From: Zootoca vivipara
Taxonomy: Eukaryota
DNA length: 64,000 bases
Reading direction: 5' to 3'
NCBI RefSeq assembly: GCF_963506605.1
Contig: NC_083281.1
Coordinates: 13,206,001 to 13,270,000, forward strand
The notes beneath the pieces are model-generated. The model did no database searches. It was not told the origin of the DNA and worked only from the letters and a program-made list of their open reading frames with translations. The translations under genes were made by a program, and so were the position numbers. Shown piece after piece: positions 38,719 through 50,955 of this stretch (position 1 is its first letter; each line of letters begins with the position of its first letter).

Positions 38719-40329
38719 TGTCTCCCTGGAGAGAGGGGGGAAGAAGGCACAAGTCAGGATGGAGCCAAGCAAGGTCAGGGCTCAGGAGACGGGGAGGCAA
38801 ACCACACTGGCCACAGCACAGAGGTGGTGACGGTGTGCCAAGTGGTGGATCTTGTAGGCGGAGAGGGCCCTAAGCAGAAGGGGTGGTTCTCCCAGTGCTG
38901 CTACTAGCCACGATGGAGGCAGCCATGCTTCTGAATGCCAGCTGCTGGAAACTGCAGGAGGAGAGAGTTGCTCTCATGCTCAGATCCTGCTTGCCAGTTT
39001 CCCAGAAAAGGCACCTGGTTGGCCACTGTGAGACCAGGATGCTGGGTTAGATGGGCCATTGGTCTGATCCAGAGGACACATTCTTCTTAGGTTCTTATGG
39101 AACCTCCAGGCCCATCTAGATGCCTAGGCTCTTAGGGGTATTTTGCCACTGTGAGAACGGGATGCTGGGGTAGATGGCCTGATCCAGGCATAGGCAACCT
39201 TGGCTCTCCAGATGTTTTGGAACCACAACTCCCATGATCCCTGACCACTGGCCCTGTTAGCTAGGGATCATGAGAGTTGTAGTTCCAAAACATCTGGAGA
39301 GCCAAGGTTGCCTATGCCTGGCCTGATCCAACAATCATGTTCTTTTCTTGTTCTCACAGTGACCCACCAGATGCCCAATTGAAAGAAGCCCACAAGCAGA
39401 CCTTAAGTACAACAGTGACCCCCCCCCTTTGGATTTCCCCCAGCAACTGGCACTCAAGAGGCATGAACTGCCTCCAGCACTGGAGGGTAGTAGAACACAG
39501 CCATCCTGGCTAGTAGCCCTCAGAAGCCCTCTCCTCCTCCATGAGTTTGTCCAATCCTCTTTGAAAGCCATCTAAATTGATGGCCATCCCTGCCTCCTGT
39601 GGCAGGGAGTTCCATAGTTTAATTCTGGGCTATATGAAGAACCCCTTACTTTTATCTGCCCTGAATCCTCCAACATTGGAGGTCAACAAATTCCAACTTT
39701 TTCGTGCAGTCCCCGTTTTCTCCACAATCCTGCACCTTCCTGCCCCCACCAAGGAAACTGGGAGACACAGACCAGGAGAGCCCAGTGTTTACCCCTCACG
39801 TGCAGATGGTAGAGTGTTGAATGGATGTGATCCCTGGAGGGGAAGGTTGTTTTTTGGGGGTTTTTTTTAGGCTTAGGGGTTTGGTTTCTTATTTGGGGCT
39901 CAGACTGAGTGGAGACCTTGCCCTCAGTTTCTTGGGGAATCTCCTGCTTTTTGTGACTAGGCAGGTCCCAAAAGGAGCAGAGGTTTCGAAGTGGTGCCTG
40001 GATGGGTGGCTCCGGTTCCTAAAGGAGCCCTGGACTCAAAAAGATGGCCAATTCCTGCAGGCCTAAACTGTGCCGCCGCCCCCCCCCCCAATAGCCAGGT
40101 AGCTGCCCAGGGTTCCCTCTCCATTGCGAAGTTGCTTCCTGGAGAATGATCCTCCCCTGTCCGCTCACGAGCCTCTGCCCATGACTCACCCCCGCCCCGA
40201 GCCATTCACACACCCAGGCCGGAGTTTTCGCCACCTCTCCCCTCCCCAGCCAGGAAATGGACGTGCAAACTCCAGCTAGCAGGATAGGTAAAGGGCGCGC
40301 AAAGGACACGCCTGCTCTCCCTGCAGAGA

Positions 40330-40920
40330 TGGGGGCGCGAGACGGAAAATTGGGGAGTGGGGGGGGGCTGGCTGGGGAAACAAGCCTCAGCTCAGCCTAA
40401 ATCCGAAGTCCGCGAGCCTCGCCGCGGACTAGAGAACTACCCCGGATTAAGTCATGGGAAAACCACGGGCACACTCTCCAGGGCTGCGAGGCGAGCCCTT
40501 TTCGGGGGTCTCCTCACCAAGGTCATCTTACCCCGGAGTCAGCGAGCCAAAGGTTGCAGATCCCCTCGCTCTTTGCCCAGGAGGAGAAGGAGGGGCTGCT
40601 TACCTGGCCGGAGCCTCTGCCGAGCTGCGGGAGCGCCGAGTAGAAAACGCGGCACGTTTCGGGATTCTGTTCCGCGGCGATCTGCGTTCCCAGCAGCGGC
40701 TGGGGGCCAGCTCCGCGCCCATTGGTGGGCTGGTCGGGAAGCAGGCCCTCTCATTGGCCGGGGAGAGACCCTCACCTGGCTGGCAAGGTCCAGGTGCCGC
40801 CTCTTGCGCTCCAGCGGCGCTGCTTCGCTCCGGCTTCCAGGTGGCGCTGCAGCCTCCCTCGTAGGTCTCAAGTCCAGCGCCGACGCCACCCGGACGCCTG
40901 GGTTCATTGGAGCCCTGTGA
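40330..40920 (-). promoter_or_regulatory. CpG island promoter and non-coding first exon(s) of the SERTAD3-like gene
   Basis: CpG-rich. Minus-strand donors CAG|GTAAGC (exon ends 40604) and CAG|GTGAGG (exon ends 40776). CCAAT boxes (plus-strand ATTGG) at 40721 and 40753, 32 bp apart. Confidence 0.7.
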
Positions 40921-40922
40921 GC

Positions 40923-41383
40923 AGCGCCGGATTGACGTATAAGCTAAACAAACTCTAGTTTAGGGCCCCGCTCTCTTGGCCCCCCCCCCAAAAAAATATA
41001 AAGGGGAAAAAACCCCTGGATGAACATTTCCAAAATGTAAGATAAAAAAACAAATAAAATAAAACCTGTATCCAGCAACAGTGTTTAGTGTTGTGTCCGC
41101 TCCTAGGATGTAAGTCATGGGGGCCCTGCCTGCTAGCCTGCTCCCTAAAATATCACTTGTTTGCTCATTTCTATATATATAGGGTGCCCACATTCTGCAT
41201 GGACTGGTTGCATGGCAACACGGGTAAAGGGCTTCTGATACCTATGAGGTCCATAAATTACCAAATAGCATATATTCAACACAACAAACAGCGACCATTT
41301 GTTGTTGACAAAGGACAGCTGGACATAGAAGGGGCCCCATTACCTTCAGGAGCTTAGGGCCTCATGAAACCTAAATCTAGCCC
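40923..41383. mobile_element. Non-autonomous DNA element (PIF/Harbinger-like TIRs)
   Basis: AGCGCCGGATT...AAATCTAGCCCT ends. Inverted homologous copy at about 51134-51570 and a partial copy near 12865-13070. Confidence 0.6.
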
Positions 41384-42384
41384 TCCCTGTGGGGGGGGGA
41401 ATCTAGTTCCACAAGTTTAACAGGCTGCTTGGAATTCCAGAGGGGCCGTGGGATAAGGAATGACCATAATAAAAAGAGGAGGCATCTTCCCACAGTGCAA
41501 ATTCAATTAAATCCCCACCATGAGAGGTGAATTGCAGTTGATCAAAAAGCCTGTGCATTTGCGTTGAATAAAGGCAATGGCCGAAACAGGTATTTAAACC
41601 CAACCTGCACACTCCCCCCCATTATACCTCTGTGTACTGCAACGGGTTGGAGCCTTCAACCCAACAGTTCTGCAATTCTAGGCACCTGCTGGCAGAAACC
41701 AACCCTTTCATGCTTCGGATAAAGTGTCTCCTAGGCCAGGGGCTCAGTTTAGCTTTCCAAGGTCTTCAGCCCAAACCCGTAAGAGGAAGGGATGCAGGCC
41801 TAGGAACGAAGGAACTCTCTCCCAAGCCCCAAGCCCCAGCACTGGGGCCTCAGGTGCCCCTGTGTGTTTGTGTACTTATCATGTGGATCCAGTTGAAAGG
41901 CAGGTGATCCTCCAGGGCAGGCAGCCCACCCACCCACCTCCCCGTCCCAAACTCTCCCCACCCCTCCTCTGGCTAATGGCCTGTCCCAGAGACATGCTTG
42001 ACCAGGAAAGCAGGAGGCTCAGATGGGGAGCAGCTGCAGGGCTGCTAAACAACACAAAAGCAAGAATCATAGGATTCTCTAGTTGGAAGGGACCCAAAGG
42101 GTCACTAGCCCACCTCCTTGCAATGCTAAGTTAATTCTCCCAAATACGTACTACAGTGGTACCTTGGTTCTCAAACATAATCCATTCCGGAAGTCTATAC
42201 CCAAAACCAAAGCGTTCTACGGTAAAACCAAGGCACGTTTTCCCATAGGAAGTAATGCAAAACAGAATTATCTGCTCCAGACTTCTAAAAACCACCCCTA
42301 AAACGGAAATTTAACATGAATTTTACTATCTAACACAGGGGCAAGCACACATTCTACTTATGCAAAAACATGCTGATTCCCGGA

Positions 42385-43202
42385 TGTGGCGGATTTGAAA
42401 CTGTTATGTTATGTTTTTGTTTCGCAACTGACCTATTGAAGGGTTAACCCAGACTCCTGGTTAACTGACAGCAACATTCCATGGGAGGCGTGGCCTGCAT
42501 GGGGTTTAAATGGAAAGGGGAACAGTTATGTCAGTTGGCGGTTGGGGGTTTTTTGTGGGGGAGCTTGGGTGGTTGTGGAGAAGGTAGATTTTAGAGTAGA
42601 TGAAGTAGTGGATAGGTATTCTGTTATTTGATTACCAAGAACGTTACCTGTGAAATTAAGTTTGTACCAATGTTACCAGAAAGCAACCATTAAGATTCAA
42701 GCCAATAAATATCCATCTTTAAAGTGTCACATTAGTAATCGTCTATTTCATTTTCCAGCTAAGGTACCCAGGAACCCAGGTGGTGGGGAACTCTTTTAAA
42801 CTGTCAAAACTTCCTTTTAGAGGAGAAAGGTTAGTTTGTGGCTGAGAGTGCACCAAGAAAGGGGGGGGGCTAAAGGAGGAGACAGGTTCTGAGTGATAAT
42901 AAAGTTACCTCAGGAAGGAGGCTAGCTTTACAGTAAGGGAGGTTCTAGTGAAGGGAAACCCTTATCTGAGCGCACATAGGAACAGTCTTATTTATAGCCC
43001 CAAGTCTATATAGGTACCTGGTCACGTTTAGGCTGGAAGAGGACTCTCTTTTATTTTTGAAAACCCACAAGTGCTAGAGGGTTTAAAGAAAGGCTAGAGG
43101 GATAAGTGGGAGGTTTTATTTACCTCAGAAATCCCTGCTAGTGCTTTTAATAATTGAGAGGTCAGAGTTATAAGACGCAAAGTGAGAGGGACTTTCGTCG
43201 CA
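42385..43202 (+). mobile_element. Solo LTR (818 bp) nested in a hAT MITE, itself nested in a Tc1/mariner MITE
   Basis: TG...CA ends with perfect 5-bp TSD ccgga and AATAAA near 42704. Host hAT 42336-43278 (TSD atctaaca). Outer MITE 42154-43593 (TA flanks). Confidence 0.85.
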
Positions 43203-44668
43203 CCGGACTATCTGCGGGTCGGATTTAAAAGGCAATTGGGCTGCATCTGGCCCCGGGGCCTTAGGTTGCCTACTCCTGATCTAACAAGACCATTGATCCA
43301 CAAAATGAAAGCAATAAACAATGTAATGCAGTCACACAATCAATCAATCAGTAGCTGAACTGGGTTCCACAAAGTCACAAAAACAAAACAAAAAGAGCCA
43401 CAAATACAAAAAACAAAATAAATAGCGAAAACAGACAGACCTCAGCATAATACTCAAATCGGAAGCGTAACACTCAAAATGGAGCATGTTCAGCTTCTGA
43501 GAAAAGTTCGCAAACTGGAACACTTCTAGGTTTGCAGTGTTTGGGTTCCAAGTTGTTTGAGTACCAAGGCGTTGGAGAACCAAGGCACCACTGTAGTTGC
43601 TGACACCTGCAGGAGGGAGAGCTGCCCTTGTGCTCAGCTCCCGCTTGTGGGTGTCCTGCGATGGGCATGGGGCTGGCCACTTTGAGAACAGGATGCTCGA
43701 CTAGATGGCTATTGGCTTGATCCGGCAGGCTTGTCTCATGTTCTTAAGCCTCACAGGCCGCAAGTAGAAGGCGAGAGCCTTACCCACTTTCTCTGCCCAC
43801 TCAGCCTTGCCGTCTGAAGTAACAGAGTGCTGCACCGCTTTCAAGGGTAACACAGGTGTAGAAGTTGCATCCAGACAACTCTTATCTGGCTCCAAGTGGT
43901 AACATCAGAACCCGAAGGATTGAAATAGGTCAAAATATACTTTTTATTTGACTAACTTTTGTTAACAAGTACGTAAGCTTTCCCGTTACACAGAACTCTT
44001 CAGCAAGGAAGAGGGAAGGAGGTTCCGCAGCCATAGAGAGAGAGAGCAAGGTTACTCATTAACATTAATGCAAATACTTTATGATTTAGCCACTCCCATT
44101 CCAAACCACTCTGCAATGGCTAGTAATCTTACCCTTTAAAACATCTATCAATCCTTTTTCAGCTAAATAACGCCTTACAATACAAAAACCTCACTGCTGC
44201 TGTTCTGCCTAATAGTTCTGTGCACTCCTGAAGCTTACACATCCCTGACCCCAATAAGAGACCTCTTGCACCAAGCAAGCAGCATCTCGTTCACCCCTAG
44301 GGACCCCCTAGCCTTGTTCCCTTCTCTTGGGATGTGGCGGGGAGAACACAGCAGCTCAGAATCACTGCACAAGGACAGCAGCAGGGGGAGAGCGGGAAGA
44401 AGCACAGCCGCTGTTTAACACAGGAAAACACAGGCAAGCAGCAACACCAGTCAAGGCGCCTTTGTGGCACGGAGGGTGCTGGGTGGGCAGCTCACCCCCC
44501 TCCATGGCTCATGTTAAGGGGAGAAAGGCACTCATTATAGCACACGAGGCAGAGAGAGGGTTGGGTGGATGGAGGGGGCGGCATCAGCAATGGAGAATTT
44601 CCCTTTTGTCAGTGGGATGAGGCTTCATCATTGAACTTCGGAGAGAGACAGAGAGAGGGAGGCCGGCC

Positions 44669-44832
44669 TCATTCCTTAGGGTAATGCCTGGAGAGGTAGA
44701 CGTTCTTCCCATCGTACTCGGAGGTGGCCAGGCACTTGAGGAAGAAATGCCCGAGGTCGTGCTTGGAGATGACTCTGGAGCCGCTGGACGTGTCCACCGT
44801 CACGGTGTAGTCGCCTGTGAGCGGCTGGTCAC
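44669..44832 (-). CDS. BLVRB: BLVRB exon 5 (last coding exon)
   Basis: GDQPLTGDYTVTVDTSSGSRVISKHDLGHFFLKCLATSEYDGKNVYLSRHYPKE*. The five exons sum to 633 nt, i.e. 210 aa plus stop. Confidence 0.95.
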
Positions 44833-44959
44833 CTGGAGGAGGAGGAAGAGAGCCCAGGTGAGCTGGCCCCAGGGAATGGAGCCTGTGAGGGATCTCCCCC
44901 CAAAGACCCCGGAGGCAACAGCGGGTACAGAAATCCCACCCACCCCCCAACGCAAATTA

Positions 44960-45349
44960 GGCTTAGGGAGCTGGGTATGTTTAGCCTGGAGAAGAGAAGG
45001 TTAAGGGGTGATATGATAGCCATGTTCAAATATATAAAAGGATGTCATATGGAGGAGGGAGAAAGATTGTTTTCTGCTGCTCCAGAGAAGCGGACACGGA
45101 GCCATGGATTCAAACTTCAAGAAAGAAGATTCCACCTAAACATTAGGAAGAACTTCCTGACAGTAAGAGCTGTTCGGCAGTGGAATTTGCTACCAAGGAG
45201 TGTGGTGGAGTCTCCTTCTTTGGAGGTCTTTAAGCAGAGGCTTGACAGGCATATGTCAAGAATGCTTTGATGGTGTTTCCTGCTTGGCAGGGGGTTGGAC
45301 TGGATGGCCCTCGTGGTCTCTTCCAACTCTATGATTCTACGATTCTATG
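44960..45349 (+). mobile_element. Young CR1 3' end in BLVRB intron 4
   Basis: Nearly identical to about 30040-30424. Confidence 0.9.
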
Positions 45350-45877
45350 AAATTTTCCTTCCCCTCCTGCGCCTTCCTAGTTTCTTTGATGAATAAAAAC
45401 AGGCGTGTAGTTTCAACGGTCACGGTGTTTCTTTTCATCTGTGTCCCGTGCTGCCACATTTTTCAGGGTTCCCCTGGTTTTTAAAAACATTTGGGGGTCA
45501 AGCTTCCTTGGTTGGGAACACAGAACCAGTGTGGTGCGGCGGTTAGAGTGCCAGACCAGGACCTGGGAGAGGAGGGTTCAAATCCCCCCACTCAGCCGTG
45601 AACAGAGCTCAATGGGTGACCTTGGGGGCCTCTCAGCCTCGCCTGCCTTGCAGGGTTGTTGGGGGGATTAAGTGAGATGCAAACCCCCTTGAGCTCCTTG
45701 GAGGGAACATGGCGGGATAGAAAGGGAAGAAAGAAAAGAAATGCCGATGGCCAGAGGGGTGCCTTAGACAGACACCCACCCACACCAAGGAGGAAGAGCT
45801 GCTCTCCACCTCAACACCTGGGCAGGGAAGCTGCGGAGCCCACCCTCCGACCCCCTCCCCACAGCCCAGAGACGCAC

Positions 45878-46009
45878 CCGCGATATGGGGGGGCATGACG
45901 TAGACGCAGTCCAGCCCCGACTCCTTCAGGATCTGCTGCATCCGGATGTGGTCCTCTGTCACTGGGCGCAGCTTGGCCGGCACCTTGTCCAGGTCCCACA
46001 TCAGGAAGG
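45878..46009 (-). CDS. BLVRB: BLVRB exon 4
   Basis: AFLMWDLDKVPAKLRPVTEDHIRMQQILKESGLDCVYVMPPHIA; ttgcag acceptor and GTGCGT donor; 132 nt. Confidence 0.95.
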
Positions 46010-46302
46010 CTGCAAGCAAGGCCAGAAAAGGACAATGGAGAGCTGGGCGGCAGGATCAGACCCTGCAGCAAGTGCCCCCCCGTCTCTCTCCCAGGGCGGG
46101 GGACAGAGGCCAAGGCTGCTCTCCACCCTGCACCCCCAGTCAGGGAAGGCTCAAGAGCTGCGGGGCAGAGAGGGAGAGTTTGCACCTGATCTTGGAGACC
46201 TGAGTTGAAACCCCACCTGGGCAAGAGTCATCCGCAAACGGGGAATGGAAAGAAGGGCAGAGGTGTGACTGTAAGAATTTGTAAGAGGCTTTGAAAATCT
46301 AA

Positions 46303-46531
46303 ATTCAGGTAGGTAGCCGTGTTGGTCTGACGCAGTTGAAATAAATAAAAAAGTTTAAAAAATTGTTCAGTAGCACCTTAGAGACCAACTAAGTTTGTTC
46401 TTGGTATAAGCTTTCGTGTGCATGTGAGTATATGAAGAAGTGTGCATGCACATGAAAGCTTATACCCAGAACAAACTTAGTTGGTCTCTAAGGTGCTACT
46501 GGACATTTTAAAAAAAACCTTTTTTATTTAT
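46303..46531. mobile_element. Palindromic Penelope-like element in BLVRB intron 3
   Basis: 13-bp TSD tttgaaaatctaa, inverted arms, and a hammerhead-like motif with a mutated core (AUGAAGA). Confidence 0.8.
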
Positions 46532-47569
46532 TTTGAAAATCTAAGTAATACTCAATGCTTTGGGAATCTTTAAGGGGATCTTAGAGACCCTAACCCAGCT
46601 GTCTCCAAACTCCATCCCCCCCCCATTGACCACTCAAACATTGGTCTTGGTGAAGATTTTTCTGCCTCTTGCAGTGTTTGCAATGTGCTGTGCTAGATGC
46701 TGGTGAACTGTATGTCTACAGACACACCACAGACCACCTAGGTGAAGGCTGTGGACTCTTGTTAGGGAACCCCAACCTTTAACACAGTCACCCCATCATA
46801 TTGCGACTAAACTGCTGGCCCTGGCTCCTCTATGTATCTCATTGAAGAGTTGCAAGTTGCTGGCATCCGCCCTCGCTCTAACTATTAGGCACACTTGGCT
46901 TATCTCCTCTCTATGGCCCACTTGACCCCTGGGCTGGCGTCACAGGAAGACAATGCCAATCTGCCTTTGGGCATTTTCCCTGCAGGATGCAAGCAGAGAA
47001 AGGCGCCCCGAGATCTCCCCCTTACACAGGGGTTACGTTCCAGGCCCCACACACATAAGCAACATGCACCTACGTGGGACGAGGGTGATTTAAGAGGTAT
47101 CGGAAAGACCTTTGCCTCCAGAGCACCAGAAAGGGCAGAGAGCAGCTCGTCTGAGCCCAAGGCAAGACAGCTTCCCACACAACAGCTGTTGAGTGAGGCA
47201 GTGAGACAGCACCAAGAGATCCCAGGAGCCATTTCGGAGCCCATAATTTCTTTTTTCTTTTAAACGTTTTTTCTGGACTTTTGGCTCACTGACGGCGTCT
47301 TTCCAGCTCTCTCCCACCATCTGATTTGATCAATTTCCTGTGCGGTCACATGCAAAAGTGTGGTTTTTTTTAATGTGTGTGTGGGGGTGCCTGTATTTTA
47401 AAAGATTTGGTTTTTAAAATATTGCTTTAATTCCTTTTTAACAATTGCCTTTTATACATGCTTAACTTTCTGTATCTCCTCTCTCTGGTTTTAATTTGCA
47501 TAAGGTGCCAATCCAGGAAAAAGTCAGGAGATAAATAAACATCCTATTAGTATCTGTCATATTTTGGGC

Positions 47570-48165
47570 GCCATCTCCAACTCCTTGAAAGATTCCATCA
47601 ACGGCGTCTCCGGAAAATTTTACACATCACTTGGGAAGACAGGCAAACCAATATCAGTGTACTGGAAGAAGCAAAGATCGCCCGTGTTGAAGCAATGATT
47701 CTTCAACATCAACTTCGTTGGACTGGTCATGTTGTGCAGATGCCTGATGATCATCTTCCAAAGCAACTACTGTATTCCAAAGTTATAAATGATAAGCGTA
47801 ATGCTGGTGGTCAACAAAAGAGGTTTAAAGACTCTACAAGGCAAATGTAAAAAAGGTAGTATAAACACCGACAACTGGGAAACACTGGCCTGCGAGCGCT
47901 CCAGTTGGAGAACAGCCTTTACCAAAGGTGTCATGGGCTTTGAAGATGCTCGATCTCAGGACACAAGGGAGAAACATGCTAAGAGGAAGGAACGCTTGGC
48001 AAATCCACACCGTGATCAACTCTTGCCCGGAAACCAATGTCCCCACTGTGGAAGGACGTGTGGATCCAGAATTGGCCTCCACAGTCACTTGTGGACTCAC
48101 TGTTCAAACAGTGTTTATGGAAGGCAATCTTACTCGGCTACGAGGGATCGCCAAAGAAGAAGAAA
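47570..48165 (+). mobile_element. RTE-clade LINE 3' end
   Basis: CPHCGRTCGSRIGLHSH peptide and (GAA)n tail. Confidence 0.88.
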
Positions 48166-48292
48166 GATTTTGGGTGGGAACTGAACGGGACTTTCTGGAG
48201 GCCAAGCACGTGTCCTGCCATGGAGCTATCCTTCTACACACACACACACACAGCCCTGTTGGCTTAGAGACGTCCTGCCTGGAGCAGCTGAC

Positions 48293-48382
48293 CTGAGAGA
48301 CAAACCACCACTTTGCGGATGCCGTGGGATTTCATGGCCGCCACAATGTTCCGGGTTCCTTCAGACATCATGGTGGTGGGAC
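48293..48382 (-). CDS. BLVRB: BLVRB exon 3
   Basis: [30 protein letters not shown]; 90 nt, following a 96-nt intron; donor G|GTCAGC. Confidence 0.95.
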
Positions 48383-48478
48383 CTGATGGGAGGGAGAGAG
48401 AAGAAGGAGAAGAATCAGCTGAGGGTTGCGGGAGGGGGCAGGGCAGGCGGGGGGAGGGAGGGGGGCAGCTTCGCTTAC

Positions 48479-48640
48479 TGAGGTCATTGCGGGTGCCCAG
48501 GATAACGATCACGGCATCCTGCCCCTTCACGGCTCGGTCGACGTCCTCCGGGTTCAGGACGTCTCCCACCACCACCTGCGCTGGGTGGGGCTCCGGGGGC
48601 AGCCGGACCGGGTCCCGCACCAGCACCGTCACCTGGTAGC
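48479..48640 (-). CDS. BLVRB: BLVRB exon 2
   Basis: [14 protein letters not shown]...[32 protein letters not shown]; ttccag acceptor and GTAAGC donor; 162 nt, frame consistent. Confidence 0.95.
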
Positions 48641-48822
48641 CTGGAAAGAGAGGCAGGATGAGGCCTGTGGGGTAGGAGGCAGCCAGGAAGGGGGCAGGAG
48701 GAGCCCAGGACTCCTGGCCTCCACTGTCAAGCTCTGGAGGGGCAGTGGGAAGGAAGAACAGAAGGAAAGCCGTAGAATCATAGAATTGTAGAGTTGGAAG
48801 AGACCCTGAGGATTGCCTAGTC

Positions 48823-50182
48823 CAGGCAGGTCCAATTCTCTAGAGACTGTGATCTACTCCCAGTATAATGAAACTGGCAGTGATCTACCCACAGGGTGGA
48901 TAAAATCAATGATTTTTTTAAAAAAATAAAAAAAAATCGGATTTTTTTATTTAAATCAGTTTTTTTTATTTAAATCAGATTTTTTTAAATAAAATGCTTT
49001 TTGAGGAAAATATATTACCATCCAAAGGTTATTCCATCATGAAATAAAGATTAGGTTTTTTTAATTATGTAGAATAAGGTTGTATATGTTTAATTTTTTT
49101 GGTAAATAAATTCCATTAATCCATTCACAATGTCATGCTCTTCCAGAGGTTTTTGTAAGATTATTGGGCAGTTTCTCTGCCTACAAGATATTATCACAGA
49201 TGCTTGGTTTACTTTTGCAGTTCTCAAAACTGAATTTGACTCAGCAGAGATCACATGCCTCTTCCTCACAGCAAAAATGTTATAACATGAACAGAGTTGA
49301 GAAATAGACCTTAATCCTATTGTTCTACAAACCTATGAATACAGAAACAACCCCTTCAGTGCTAAGTTTCCAGAAGTTCAGTGAACAGAATAGAAACAAC
49401 ATTTTTCTGATTGTTTGGAGTGGACAGTATTTAAGTTTTTCATGTGTAGGCTGGGCTGACAGTCTAAGTTTCTTAAAATATATATATTTTGTTTTTGTTT
49501 AGCCAGATTAGTTAACAAACATGGATGTTTGTTTAAACAAATAACATATGCTGTAATGTTATTGTTTCAGTTGAATAAATCTATTTAATTTGTTATTATT
49601 AATGTAATGATTATTTTTCTCCTTCCTAAGTACAACAGAAAAGTTGTCCAAATACAGTATGAATGATTAACCTATTAAACTGGGGATAAAAAAACTAATA
49701 TGAAAAGTTGTTATTCTAAAAATCTTCATCTACTTGCATATTAAAGTTGTACCAGCAAGAATTAGTCTTTATGTAGAAAACTATGATTTAAATCAAGCCT
49801 TACTGACTAGTGATTTAAATCGTGATTTAAATCAGATTGATTTAAATCAAATCTACCCTGTCTACCCATTGTCAAGCTTTTTGCGGGGAGAGTTGCCCAG
49901 AGTTGCTGAGCATTTTTTGGGGAAGGATTGGCAAAACTTCTTCAGCTTCTGTGCAAGGGGGGGGGGAGGATATTCACAAAATCGCTCATGCAACAGCCTG
50001 CCGCCCTCCCTGATTCCCCCACTCTGCCCCCGCCCCTGGGAATATAAGTTTTCTCAGCTGCGGCAGCGATGCAACATAGGGCAGCAATCCATCAGGCGAA
50101 CACTTTTTTTAATTGCTGCAATTGACCTGGAACACACCCGCGATCTACCTGTCGATTGCGGTCGACCAGCTGAACATGTCTG
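48823..50182. mobile_element. hAT element (TSD g[c/t]ctagtc) containing a second, AT-rich hAT element 48892-49860 (TSD tctaccca)
   Basis: Both TSDs are readable. The inner element has CAGGGTGGAT...ATCTACCCTG ends and gatttaaatc subterminal repeats. Confidence 0.85.
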
Positions 50183-50649
50183 GTCTAGTCTAACTCCCTG
50201 CTAAGCAGGACTATGCAGCTGTCTCATACAGGGACTGAATCTGCAGCCTTGATGTTATCGGCACCAGACTCCATCCAACGGGAGAGTCGAGACTTCACCA
50301 GGAAGGCCTCCTTCCACCTGCCTTGCCTCACCCTCCAGTTTCCGCTTCTCAATTTGTTTTGTATTATTTTATGCACTGCTACTTGCCGTTGTTCTTATTG
50401 ATTATAGTTTAGAAATTATTTACTGTAATTGTTAAAGAGTGAATTTCTGTTTAATTTTTACAAGCTGATAATATTCTATTCCAATGGGTTGTTGAATGTT
50501 ACTTTATTTGATATAAGTTGCTTATTTTAAAGATAAGTTTCATTATCGCATTTTGGTATTGGATTAGATGGTTATAAGGTCTACATTCTTTGTTTTTGCA
50601 GCTTGTAAACGACCTTGGGTATTGTAAAATAGAAAGACAGTATACAAAT

Positions 50650-50955
50650 TGTAGTGTAGTGGGTCTTCAGTGATTTCAGCTCAGTGCAAATAAGAAACAG
50701 GAGGTGAGGATCTGGCACAACATCTCTTTACTTCAAAGAACAGGTAAGAGCCAGAACGCCGGGAATGGAGAAAACTGGGGCTTGTATAGTAACAGAGAAC
50801 TAGCAGGGGATACATTTTGGCGGGAACCAATGGCAAGGATTCCCTCCGGCGGAAACCAATCCGGCAGTGGATCCAAATCCTGCACTCTGAACCAGCAAAT
50901 GATAGACGTTCCCGCTGGAACTTGTACATTCAAATAAACTCTGTAATACACTACA
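50650..50955 (-). mobile_element. Putative short solo LTR in BLVRB intron 1
   Basis: Perfect 9-bp inverted ends TGTAGTGTA...TACACTACA, internal CCAAT boxes, E2F site and minus-strand AGTAAA. TSD is not clean. Confidence 0.5.

Noticed and set aside
38059-38907. 282-aa plus-strand ORF and similar antisense ORFs over SERTAD1
   Set aside because: Antisense shadows of GC-rich coding exons with no independent evidence.
46425-46467. Active hammerhead in BLVRB intron 3
   Set aside because: The core reads AUGAAGA instead of CUGAAGA, it is antisense to BLVRB, and the opposite-strand copy is truncated.
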